This document shows, in pieces, positions 16,414 through 24,777 of a stretch of DNA of 32,000 nt (position 1 is its first letter; every line of letters begins with the position of its first letter). Position numbers and translations under genes: made by a program. The notes beneath the pieces were generated by a model. That model searched no databases. It was given only the letters and a program-made list of their open reading frames with translations, and was not told the DNA's origin. The stretch comes from Candidatus Heimdallarchaeota archaeon (lineage in GTDB: Archaea; Asgardarchaeota; Heimdallarchaeia; Heimdallarchaeales; Kariarchaeaceae): contig JASBSB010000006.1 in NCBI GenBank assembly GCA_030149205.1, positions 390,001 to 422,000 on the forward strand, in the 5' to 3' direction.

Positions 16414-19338
16414 TCATATCTGTGAGCCAAATTTTCTGTAGATTAGTTTCATAAGTTCAAGAATCAGAATGGGGGACACTGCTGCAAGAATTACAAATAT
16501 CCAATCTACCAGACTTAGAGCAATTAAGGCAATATTAAGTCCTAGAATACCGAGTGTGTTCTGGAAAAATACAGAATACATGAGAATCACATGCATAGCA
16601 GGAGCGAATAGCACTAAAAACCAAATTAATAATCCACTTTGTTTCATTGAGGTAATGATATCTTGGTTTATCCTTCTAATTGAAAATATCATAAATGATT
16701 CTGAGAGATAAATAATCGTTATTAATATTGTTCTTGCCTTGGCTTGTTCATATGATACCGGTAATAGAGGATTATTATGCCCTGAGTATAATGTTGGGAG
16801 AAATCCAGAAAGGTTTTCCGCATTGACTGGTAAAACACCTGTGTATGTCAGGTAATAAGATAACCCAAGGATCAAGCTGAATGATAGTGCATAGATTGTC
16901 ATTGTAACAGTTAAATTTCGACTCAATATGTTGTCATGTTGCCGAGGTTTAAGCTTCATAGTATCATCCGCAATTGTGTCAACGATTAGGATCATAGGTG
17001 GAATCCCATGTACAATACTAAAAATATACGCACGTTGAATGTTATTCAGTAGAAATAGGTCTGGGATAAAGGAGGAGATAATGTATACCAACCCCTCAGC
17101 TATGTTTATTGCAATAAAGAAAAAGATTATCATCCTTATTTTCTCAAATAAGGCCCTTCCTTGTTCTACCCCATCCACCAGGCTTACGTAAGAATCATCT
17201 GCCAGTATTATGTCTGCTGCTTCTTTTGCAACCTCAGTTCCTGTTATACCCATGGCTATCCCTGCATCTGCTCTGGTTATAGCTAGTGAATCATTTACTC
17301 CATCTCCAGTCATAGCCACAATATCACCTCGTTGCTGATACTTGTCCACTATGACTAATTTATCCTGTGGTGAGACACGGGCAAACACAGACACCTTAAA
17401 GAAATCCTCATCGCTTAATTTTGAAATATCCTTTCCTTGGATTACGATTTCATCGGGATCTAGAACACCTACTTGTGTAGCAATTGTTCTTGCGGTATCC
17501 GGAGAATCTCCAGTGATCATTATCGGAAAGATTCCAGCACTATCTAATTTTTTCACAGCAATTTTTACATTTGGACGTGGAGGGTCTAAAAGACACACGA
17601 AGCCAATAAGTACTAATTCGTTCTCCATCCACTCTCGTTCCTCTTCTGGAGATTTGGCTTGTGGTTCCTCATAGAATGCTCTGTAGGCTATTGTTACGAC
17701 TCTGTAACCTAGGTTGGCAAATTGTCTGATATCGTTTAATATTGATTCTTTTGTGCTTTCTTCCAGCGGTTTGACATTTTTTGTTCCCTCATTGCCATAA
17801 TAAGAACACTTCGGGATCATTACTTCTGCAGCCCCCTTTGAAAATAACATCAAATCACCCTCTTCATGGTCTCTAAATAGCTTGCTCATCCTTTTAATTG
17901 AGGAATTAAATGGGTAAGACTTTAGAAGTTCGTATCTGTTGGTAATATAATTAATATCTAACTTTGATCTATAGCCAAGCACCAACAGAGCACCATCTGT
18001 TGCATTTCCAAATACTTCCCAAGAAGTTAATCCAGCCTGTCCATAGTTATCCTCAATAACTATGGTGGCATCATTGTTTAATGTAATGGAGGAAAGAATG
18101 AGTTCTAAAGAGGAGTTACGTGCAACTATATCCAATTCATCAATAACCAAGCCATTTGTACCATTGATATCGTATCTATTGTGCTCGTCAATCGGATAGA
18201 CATTAGCATTTCCCTCTGAGTTGAAGCTGACACCATAGTAATTTTCTGTGTCCCAAACCCGAGTAACAGTCATCTTTGATGTGGTCATCGTACCAGTCTT
18301 GTCAGAACATAACACAGATGTTCTCCCGAGAGTTTCAACCACTGATAGCTCTTTAACTATCACTTTCTTTTTAGCCATATTTAAAACACCAGTGATCAAG
18401 ATTATTGTAGTCAATAATGGGATATTAATTGGTATCACAGACATAGCGGTAGTTATACTCGAACTTAGGTCTCTGGCAAAGATCTCAATTGAATAGTTAT
18501 GTTTTGAACGCTCGTAGATTTTATAGATCATTGAAACAATTAGAAAAAACAACATAATTGAACCTAGTCTCTTACCTAGCAAGTTTATCCTTCTTCGGAG
18601 AGGGATGTCCATTGTTTGCATTTCAGAAATCTGGCTTGCAATCTGCCCAAGCTCCGTGTTATTTCCAATTTGTGTTACTATAGCCTTCGTCGATCCAGTT
18701 TGGACGAAAGTACCAAGATACAGCATATTTTTTCTTTCTGCCAATGGGGTATCTAGGGGGAGCCCTGCTTCGCCATCTTTTGCTTTGGTAACAGCTTTAC
18801 TTTCACCTGTTAAGGATGCCTCGTTTATGGTTAGGTCAGATGAACTAATGATTCGTAGGTCTGCTGGAATCCTGTCTCCTAAACCTAGCTCAATGAGGTC
18901 TCCTACGACAAGCTTAGTTGCTAAAACTTCCATTGGTTTACCATCTCGTATAACTTGGGTTTTTAGCGGAGCTAATTTTTTCAATGCATCCAATTTCTTT
19001 TGAGCTCTAAATTGTTGAAATATGGCAATTGCCATGTTAAATGAGATAATGAAAAACCAAAATGCAACCTGATTTATTATTTTTGGAACCCAAATAGAGA
19101 GAACAATCAGCACAGCTGTCATTATCAGGTAAATTGTGATTAAGGTGTCAAACAATGGTGCAAGGTAAATCTTCAATTTGCTTTGAGATTTAGTTACAAC
19201 TTCATTAGGCCCTAATCTCTTGGTTCGTTCATCCACATGTTTGTTAGTCAAACCATTTGATCGCTGAGTTTCTAATTTTTGTTCAATTTCTGATATTGAC
19301 AAATTATACTCATTATTAATTAATCTTAAACCCTTCAT
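16414..19338 (-). CDS. P-type ATPase, P2A (SERCA/PMR1)-like scaffold with atypical transport-site residues
   Basis: LTGES, CSDKTGT (phosphorylation site), KGAAE, DPPR, MITGD, ARVSPQDK and TGDGVND. M4 is PINIP rather than PEGLP. Confidence 0.92.
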   Translation of the reverse strand: MKGLRLINNEYNLSISEIEQKLETQRSNGLTNKHVDERTKRLGPNEVVTKSQSKLKIYLAPLFDTLITIYLIMTAVLIVLSIWVPKIINQVAFWFFIISFNMAIAIFQQFRAQKKLDALKKLAPLKTQVIRDGKPMEVLATKLVVGDLIELGLGDRIPADLRIISSSDLTINEASLTGESKAVTKAKDGEAGLPLDTPLAERKNMLYLGTFVQTGSTKAIVTQIGNNTELGQIASQISEMQTMDIPLRRRINLLGKRLGSIMLFFLIVSMIYKIYERSKHNYSIEIFARDLSSSITTAMSVIPINIPLLTTIILITGVLNMAKKKVIVKELSVVETLGRTSVLCSDKTGTMTTSKMTVTRVWDTENYYGVSFNSEGNANVYPIDEHNRYDINGTNGLVIDELDIVARNSSLELILSSITLNNDATIVIEDNYGQAGLTSWEVFGNATDGALLVLGYRSKLDINYITNRYELLKSYPFNSSIKRMSKLFRDHEEGDLMLFSKGAAEVMIPKCSYYGNEGTKNVKPLEESTKESILNDIRQFANLGYRVVTIAYRAFYEEPQAKSPEEEREWMENELVLIGFVCLLDPPRPNVKIAVKKLDSAGIFPIMITGDSPDTARTIATQVGVLDPDEIVIQGKDISKLSDEDFFKVSVFARVSPQDKLVIVDKYQQRGDIVAMTGDGVNDSLAITRADAGIAMGITGTEVAKEAADIILADDSYVSLVDGVEQGRALFEKIRMIIFFFIAINIAEGLVYIISSFIPDLFLLNNIQRAYIFSIVHGIPPMILIVDTIADDTMKLKPRQHDNILSRNLTVTMTIYALSFSLILGLSYYLTYTGVLPVNAENLSGFLPTLYSGHNNPLLPVSYEQAKARTILITIIYLSESFMIFSIRRINQDIITSMKQSGLLIWFLVLFAPAMHVILMYSVFFQNTLGILGLNIALIALSLVDWIFVILAAVSPILILELMKLIYRKFGSQI

Positions 19339-19833
19339 TGTGCACCGGATTAGTTATTTCTTCATTTTGAATACCCTTTTTAATCACTCATACATTTATA
19401 TGAATTATCAATTAGTTTTCATATTGATACAAACAAGGTTGAAAAAATTTAGGCTTTTTTACCGTATCACCAATTGAATCTTGTTTAGTAATCACCCAGA
19501 AGGCGCCCTCTCGGCGATAGGTTAGATATTCCATTGAAAACCCAAAATATTAGGCATATAACCCCCTTAACAAGGTTTTACATCTTCAGCCAATTAGAAA
19601 CCATTCTAAAGGCATTTGACATCCCCCCAATATTTTGTTCATATATGGCTCAAACCGTTATTTTTCACTATGATAAATGCTCTAAATTTACGAAAAACAG
19701 ACTGTGAGCCTAAAATAGAAATAAATCAGTTTATACAATTTCTAAGCATTAAAACTGTATTTTTCCCACCTATATAAGCTACGGCTTATTGTAGTGAAAT
19801 GAGGAAAAAAAAATTACGAAATTAGTCTTTCAC

Positions 19834-19925
19834 TGTCTAAAACTAGACATCAATAAAGTTTATATGTAAATTTGTCGTTAAAGACATAGGTAGTTTGTTT
19901 TTTCACAAATAATCTACCGAGGTGA
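19834..19925 (+). promoter_or_regulatory. Putative histone promoter and leader: palindrome, TATA box, 5'-UTR hairpin, Shine-Dalgarno
   Basis: tgtcta-aaac-tagaca (19834-19849); tttatatg (19859-19866); ggtag-tttgt..acaaa-taat-ctacc hairpin (19889-19918); gaggtga (19919-19925). Confidence 0.5.
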
Positions 19926-19930
19926 ACACA

Positions 19931-20134
19931 ATGGCAAAAAAGAAAGCAAAAGCCCCAACAGAAATGCTTGTCGTACAAAGCAAAGTTAGAGAATACGTGA
20001 AGAGTCTTGGTGATTACAACATCGCCAGCGACGTCATGGAATCTGTCAGTCAGAGAGTAGGTGCTCTTCTAGCTGATGCAGTCCGACGAGCAGAACAAAA
20101 CGGAAGAAAAACAATTAAGGGAAGAGACTGTTAA
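19931..20134 (+). CDS. Histone-fold protein of the short face-to-face/Bd0055-like type with Lys-rich N-terminal extension
   Basis: MAKKKAKAP then MLVVQSKVREYVKS...AVRRAEQNGRKTIKGRDC, with RKT....RD at the end and no alpha3 helix. SD GAGGTGA 5 nt before ATG 19931. Confidence 0.85.
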   Translation: MAKKKAKAPTEMLVVQSKVREYVKSLGDYNIASDVMESVSQRVGALLADAVRRAEQNGRKTIKGRDC

Positions 20135-20151
20135 ATTTATTATCTAGACAG

Positions 20152-20454
20152 CTAAACGTTAACTAAGTTATCAATTTTGTTTATGATTAAAGCCCCCTCA
20201 CGTCCAAGTTTCTCAAAGTAATAATCATAATGATCAAGGTGAATGAGATGTAAGAAATCTCCTTCTACTGTACTTAGAGTTTGAAGTTTAATCTCGGACT
20301 GATAAAACTCCAAAACCCATCCATCATGTGTATACACCATAATTCGGTCATCTGTAATCAAGAGGGCTTCTTTGTCAATTTCAATTTCAAACAATACCTC
20401 TTCTTCTAGGTGAAGATTTTCTCTGAGGAGCTCAAGTCTGGGTGTACTTCTCAC
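20152..20454 (-). CDS. Small hypothetical protein, possibly a bacterial-type PH-like fold
   Basis: EEEVLFEI..ALLITDDRIMVY resembles the N-terminal strands of bPH domains; GTG start. Confidence 0.5.
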   Translation of the reverse strand: MRSTPRLELLRENLHLEEEVLFEIEIDKEALLITDDRIMVYTHDGWVLEFYQSEIKLQTLSTVEGDFLHLIHLDHYDYYFEKLGREGALIINKIDNLVNV

Positions 20455-20593
20455 TATAATACAAAATTAGATTCCTTTACGATTAATTTAAGCTTATGAT
20501 ATTTACAATGGACGAAGTGTCATAAATCAGTATCAATAAGACTCATCAACTAATATTTCACATTTAATACTCTCCTCTCTAGCTTATTAATAA

Positions 20594-20932
20594 GTGATCA
20601 ATTATGAAGTTATGATTTTAGAGAGAAAGTATCAGTATATGGATGACACCATTAGCACGGATCTGATATCCTTTTATGGTTCCAGTTCATTTAATCTTGA
20701 TGAGCAGAAGAGGATTGGAGAAGAGCTCAGAGAATACCTGATTAGCAAGATACTTGAAGATTTGATCACCTCAACTGATCTCAAACAAAAATTGAAGTTC
20801 ATAGACCAACTTAGTGAATGGGTGGAGCAGGGTGACACTCTGGTTGTCAATGAGTTAAAAAGGCTTGTAAGTCAAGAAAATTCTATTTCTGTTAAAACAA
20901 ATCTACAGGTTTTAATTGATATCATTTCCTAA
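20594..20932 (+). CDS. Hypothetical alpha-helical (HEAT-like) protein
   Basis: ORF with amphipathic helices (LKQKLKFIDQLSEW...VNELKRLVSQE..VKTNLQVLI). Start may be ATG 20640. Confidence 0.55.
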   Translation: MINYEVMILERKYQYMDDTISTDLISFYGSSSFNLDEQKRIGEELREYLISKILEDLITSTDLKQKLKFIDQLSEWVEQGDTLVVNELKRLVSQENSISVKTNLQVLIDIIS

Positions 20933-20994
20933 TATTACTTTTGTCCTTAATTAGATGAATAGGATAATATGATACAAGAGACATGTAAGTTATA

Positions 20995-21825
20995 ATGGAT
21001 GATTCAGAACTGATTCAAAATTTACTGAGAGAGTACCAAATTCCCTCTGCACGGATAGGTGTCAAGTATGAAAATTCAATGAAGATATTAAGGAAGCTAG
21101 ATTTGAGTGAATTAAATCTTCAGACTTTTCCTGAAATGGAATCTCGTCATCTTCAAGTTCTTAATCTTTCACAAAACTCTATTGAAATAATTCCAAGGAA
21201 TGTTCTTGATAGATATCCTAAGTTGAAAATACTAGACTTGTCAAAAAATATGATAGAAGAGGTAGATATAAGTGTTAATGTCTTAAATCATGAACTTCAA
21301 AGATTAGATATTTCACAAAATCATCTTTCAAGCATAAATATCGAGAATAAATCCTTAAAACATATCAAATTTGTAGATCTTCATCGAAATAGAATCAACT
21401 CATTTCCTTTCATTAAAGCTATTAGGTCAGTTAAAGAGCTTGATTTAAATTTTAATGAGATCGAGGATGATTTAAGATTACTAGAAAATTACAAATCCTT
21501 GAGGGTACTTAAGCTCAAAGAGAACCGATTGAGAGAGCTAAACCTACAGTTTAACACAAATCTTACAAGTCTTGACTTATCATTTAATCAAATTTCAGAA
21601 CTTGTGGTTTCAGGGGATGAGCCGTCAAAATTAAATGAGATTAACCTATCAAACAATGAATTAACTTCAGGTAAGTTAATATCCCTTCTGAAACTACCAC
21701 ATTTGAATCAATTAGATTTAAGAGATAATCCCTGTGATGAAAAATTGGCAAGACTATGGTCAAAGTCTAAAATATCCGAATTATTTGAAATATTAAATAT
21801 GTATATTGGGAATATTGAAACTTAA
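20995..21825 (+). CDS. Leucine-rich repeat protein
   Basis: About ten LxxLxLxxNxI/L repeats, e.g. LQVLNLSQNSI, LKILDLSKNMI, LQRLDISQNHL, LTSLDLSFNQI, LNQLDLRDNP. Confidence 0.92.
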   Translation: MDDSELIQNLLREYQIPSARIGVKYENSMKILRKLDLSELNLQTFPEMESRHLQVLNLSQNSIEIIPRNVLDRYPKLKILDLSKNMIEEVDISVNVLNHELQRLDISQNHLSSINIENKSLKHIKFVDLHRNRINSFPFIKAIRSVKELDLNFNEIEDDLRLLENYKSLRVLKLKENRLRELNLQFNTNLTSLDLSFNQISELVVSGDEPSKLNEINLSNNELTSGKLISLLKLPHLNQLDLRDNPCDEKLARLWSKSKISELFEILNMYIGNIET

Positions 21826-21852
21826 TTAATTTAAACTTTAAGTTGATGAGAT

Positions 21853-22596
21853 TTATTCTCTTCTGCTTCTTCCACGCTTATTACCAGTTCTTCGAGCAGC
21901 GATTAACCCTACTTTTCTGCCTGGTGGAGCATTTCTAGAAACAGTGGTAGCCCTCGGAGGACTCTGGTGAGCACCACCACCGTGTGGGTGACTCACTGGA
22001 TTCATTGCTGTTCCACGAACTCTTGGGTATTTGTGACCCTTGGCTCTGAGCTTGTGATATTTGGTACCTGCCTTTAAAAGAGGTTTTGAGGTTATACCTC
22101 CTCCTGCAATCAGTCCCACAGTTGCCCTTGCTTCTGGAGTAACTTTTCTAATTTTACCAGATGGAAGTTTGACAAAAATCCATTTGTCCGAGGCTGAGTC
22201 AATAATAGCACTTAAACCAGCTGATCGAACAAGTTTGCCTCCATCACCAGCTCTTAATTCAATATTGAATATTGGGGTACGAATAGGCATAAATTTCAAT
22301 GGCAAAACATTACCTGGTTGAATAGATGCATCCGCTCCATATACAATTTCTTGCCCTACAGATATTCCCTCAGCTGGAAGGATATATTTGTAGAGTCCAT
22401 CATCGAAAAGCACTCTGGCTAATGGTGCCCCTCTACCTGGTTCGTGGTGAAAAGATACTATTTTCCCTTTGAATGACCCAGTCAATTCCTCTCGTGAGAA
22501 TTTTCTGTATTTCACAGGTTCAATCCTTTTGTGACCTGCGGCTCTAAAGACAGGAGATCCTGTTCCTCTTCTTTGTACAATTAATTTTTTACCCAT
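21853..22596 (-). CDS. rpl2: 50S ribosomal protein L2
   Basis: MGKKLIVQRRG, HEPGRGAPLA, PRVRGTAMNPVSHPHGGG and PPGRKVGLIAARRTG. Confidence 0.97.
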   Translation of the reverse strand: MGKKLIVQRRGTGSPVFRAAGHKRIEPVKYRKFSREELTGSFKGKIVSFHHEPGRGAPLARVLFDDGLYKYILPAEGISVGQEIVYGADASIQPGNVLPLKFMPIRTPIFNIELRAGDGGKLVRSAGLSAIIDSASDKWIFVKLPSGKIRKVTPEARATVGLIAGGGITSKPLLKAGTKYHKLRAKGHKYPRVRGTAMNPVSHPHGGGAHQSPPRATTVSRNAPPGRKVGLIAARRTGNKRGRSRRE

Positions 22597-22605
22597 TTAT
22601 ATCAC

Positions 22606-22869
22606 CTAGAATAAGTTAAGGTCTGCAGCGAGATCAGAAGCCTTGTATTCCTTGGCTAATTGTACGATAGCTCGCTTTCTACCTCGAGGCGTAATCAAGG
22701 TGTTAACATGTTCTACAGTTACATTGTTATACAGTTCTTGAACAGCCTGTTTGATCTGAAATTTATTTGCGTTTTTATGAACTTCAAATAAAATCTTGTT
22801 CTGGTCTACAATGAGGTCATATACTGACTCAGAGAAGACAGGTCTTATAATTATTTCATGTGCTTCCAT
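22606..22869 (-). CDS. rpl23: 50S ribosomal protein L23
   Basis: IIIRPVFSE, NKILFEVHKNANKFQIKQAVQELY and VNTLITPRGRKRAIV. Confidence 0.95.
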   Translation of the reverse strand: MEAHEIIIRPVFSESVYDLIVDQNKILFEVHKNANKFQIKQAVQELYNNVTVEHVNTLITPRGRKRAIVQLAKEYKASDLAADLNLF

Positions 22870-22871
22870 CT

Positions 22872-23645
22872 TTAGACCTCCGTTTCTAACAACTTTATTG
22901 CACTCTCAGTCCAGAGGGTGAGTCTTGCGGCGTCACCACCAGGTGCCAGCTGTTCAACACTTAAATTAGAAAGTCTGACAACTTCAACACCTAAAAGATT
23001 GGAACCAGCAGATGCCACATCAGAATCATCAGATGTGACTATAAGAGGCCCGGTTTTAGTACGATACTTTCGACCCCTACGCTTACCCTTTCCAGCTCGA
23101 ATAGATCTCTTGCTGCATCTTTTTACATCTTCACCTAAACCTATAGATTCTAATGTCTCTTTTAACTGAGATGTCTTTGAAACTTCCGTTAAAGAATCCT
23201 CAATGATCAGAGGGAACTCTAACTTTTCTGAGACCAAGTGTCCTCTACTCTCAACTAACTCTTTTTGAGCTGTTGCTGCAATAGCGGATCTAAGTGCAAG
23301 TTTGTGTTCTTTCTTATTGATTTTCTCAACAATAATTTTCTCAGTGCTTGGAGGAAATAGCATTCTTCCACCAACTGTACTGTGGATCAATGCACCTCTT
23401 CCAGAGTGATGAGAACCTTTCCCATGTGTTCGAGGTACTTTGGAAGTACCTCTTCCTGGACCCATCGAAGAAGCAGTTGTGAGTCTACCTGCAAGGGGGA
23501 ATCTCCCCTGAGGTTGTTTTTGTTTGCTTTGCTCACTTAAAACTGCTCTTTTTATAATATCTGGTCTGTAAGCAGTTGTGAAAACCTCTGGTAGAGTAAC
23601 GTCTTTTCGGGTTTTGTTTCCCTTTAGATTTAATACCTTTGTCAT
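22872..23645 (-). CDS. rpl4: 50S ribosomal protein L4
   Basis: YRPDIIKRAV, SMGPGRGTSKVPR, TVGGRMLFPP and IRAGKGKRRGRKY. Confidence 0.96.
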   Translation of the reverse strand: MTKVLNLKGNKTRKDVTLPEVFTTAYRPDIIKRAVLSEQSKQKQPQGRFPLAGRLTTASSMGPGRGTSKVPRTHGKGSHHSGRGALIHSTVGGRMLFPPSTEKIIVEKINKKEHKLALRSAIAATAQKELVESRGHLVSEKLEFPLIIEDSLTEVSKTSQLKETLESIGLGEDVKRCSKRSIRAGKGKRRGRKYRTKTGPLIVTSDDSDVASAGSNLLGVEVVRLSNLSVEQLAPGGDAARLTLWTESAIKLLETEV

Positions 23646-23657
23646 TTTTTATCCTCC

Positions 23658-24659
23658 TTACATATGTGATGCCAAAGAGACATAACTAATCCTTGGCTCA
23701 ACAATTAGCTTATTTTGAGCCCTAATTGGCTCTCTTAACATTACCATTCTCTTCTTTGGCCCTGGTACTGATCCTTTCAAAACCACATATCGATTTTTGA
23801 CCTTACCATATCTGATAAAATCACCTCTGGGGTTGATTGAATCTGGATTCTCACCAACAATCATCACTCGTTTATTAAACTCAGTTCTCCTGAAATAGCC
23901 AAGTTGTCCATATCTAGGCAAAACCCATTGTACTCTTGCTGGAGTCCATGGTGCGATTGAACCGACACCTCTTTTTGTGTGTTTTGACTTCTTCTGTAGC
24001 AGAGTTACCCCGTGTCTTTTGACAACACCCGAAAAACCTTTTCCTTTGGTTATACCAACTACATCGAGGTAATGACCTGGTTTCGTGAGGTCTCCTATCT
24101 GAAGTTCCTGTCCAATTCTTTCTTTCAACCATTCAAAACCTTCTTTAAAGGTCTTACAACCAACCATGATCTCAAAGATGCTTGGCTTCTTGGTTCCAAC
24201 ACTTGTTAAATCGGGTTGGGTGTGAACGATTGCTCTTAATTGTACTGCATTCTCTAATGAATTCTCTACATTCTCAAGTTGAGTGTTATAAAGTTCCTCA
24301 TCAGGGAATCTCGTCCTTATCCTCCTTAAAAACTTTGAGGGGCTGGAGAGTTTCGCCTCTGCCAATATTTTTAATCCATAAGGGGTCTCATGGTAAGTTC
24401 TCATCCCCATTAACACAATGGGTGGGGTCTCAATGACTGTAACTGCTGTAGCTCTGTCAGTATTTGCAACATGTGACTTGGGGGAATCTTCCTTATAGAT
24501 AACCCTGGTCATTCCAGCCTTGTATCCAGGAAACGCGAGGATTTTAGGTTCACCTTCGTGATCTGGCCAACCGCGTACTCTTGGTTTATTACTACTCGCT
24601 CTTTTTCGTCTATAACCTAAACTACTTCGATGAGGTGCGTTTTTATTTCTTGCTGTAAT
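23658..24659 (-). CDS. rpl3: 50S ribosomal protein L3 (extended upstream of the track ORF; probable ATT start)
   Basis: The frame stays open upstream of track ATG 24512 and encodes conserved (I)TARNKNAPHRSSLGYRRKRA...PRVRGWP...LAFPGYKAGMT. No in-frame ATG/GTG/TTG occurs before an in-frame TGA. GGTGA lies 6 nt before ATT at 24659. Confidence 0.93.
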   Translation of the reverse strand: MTARNKNAPHRSSLGYRRKRASSNKPRVRGWPDHEGEPKILAFPGYKAGMTRVIYKEDSPKSHVANTDRATAVTVIETPPIVLMGMRTYHETPYGLKILAEAKLSSPSKFLRRIRTRFPDEELYNTQLENVENSLENAVQLRAIVHTQPDLTSVGTKKPSIFEIMVGCKTFKEGFEWLKERIGQELQIGDLTKPGHYLDVVGITKGKGFSGVVKRHGVTLLQKKSKHTKRGVGSIAPWTPARVQWVLPRYGQLGYFRRTEFNKRVMIVGENPDSINPRGDFIRYGKVKNRYVVLKGSVPGPKKRMVMLREPIRAQNKLIVEPRISYVSLASHM

Positions 24660-24777
24660 AAAGCATCACCTGAAACCAGAGGCCTACAAGAATCTCAAGA
24701 GGCATAAGTTTCAAATTTTTCTGCTATTCAATCATTTAAAACTTTGGCATGATAAACGCGTGGATGCTTGTGGATAA

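Noticed and set aside
9727-18500. Plus-strand short ORFs opposite padR, arsM, tupA, dtdA and the P-type ATPase (e.g. 10656, 13288, 13741, 16469, 17342, 18248), and minus-strand 15519-15710
   Set aside because: Typical antisense shadows of real genes with no motifs or RBS support.
19339-19930. tRNA, rRNA or other structured ncRNA in the long intergenic region
   Set aside because: No cloverleaf, T-loop or extended stem pattern was seen; only a short GC-rich patch and promoter-like elements.
20594-21825. Single frameshifted HEAT+LRR gene
   Set aside because: The 62-nt AT-rich gap contains stop codons and the LRR ORF has its own ATG; there is no sign of a continuous reading frame.
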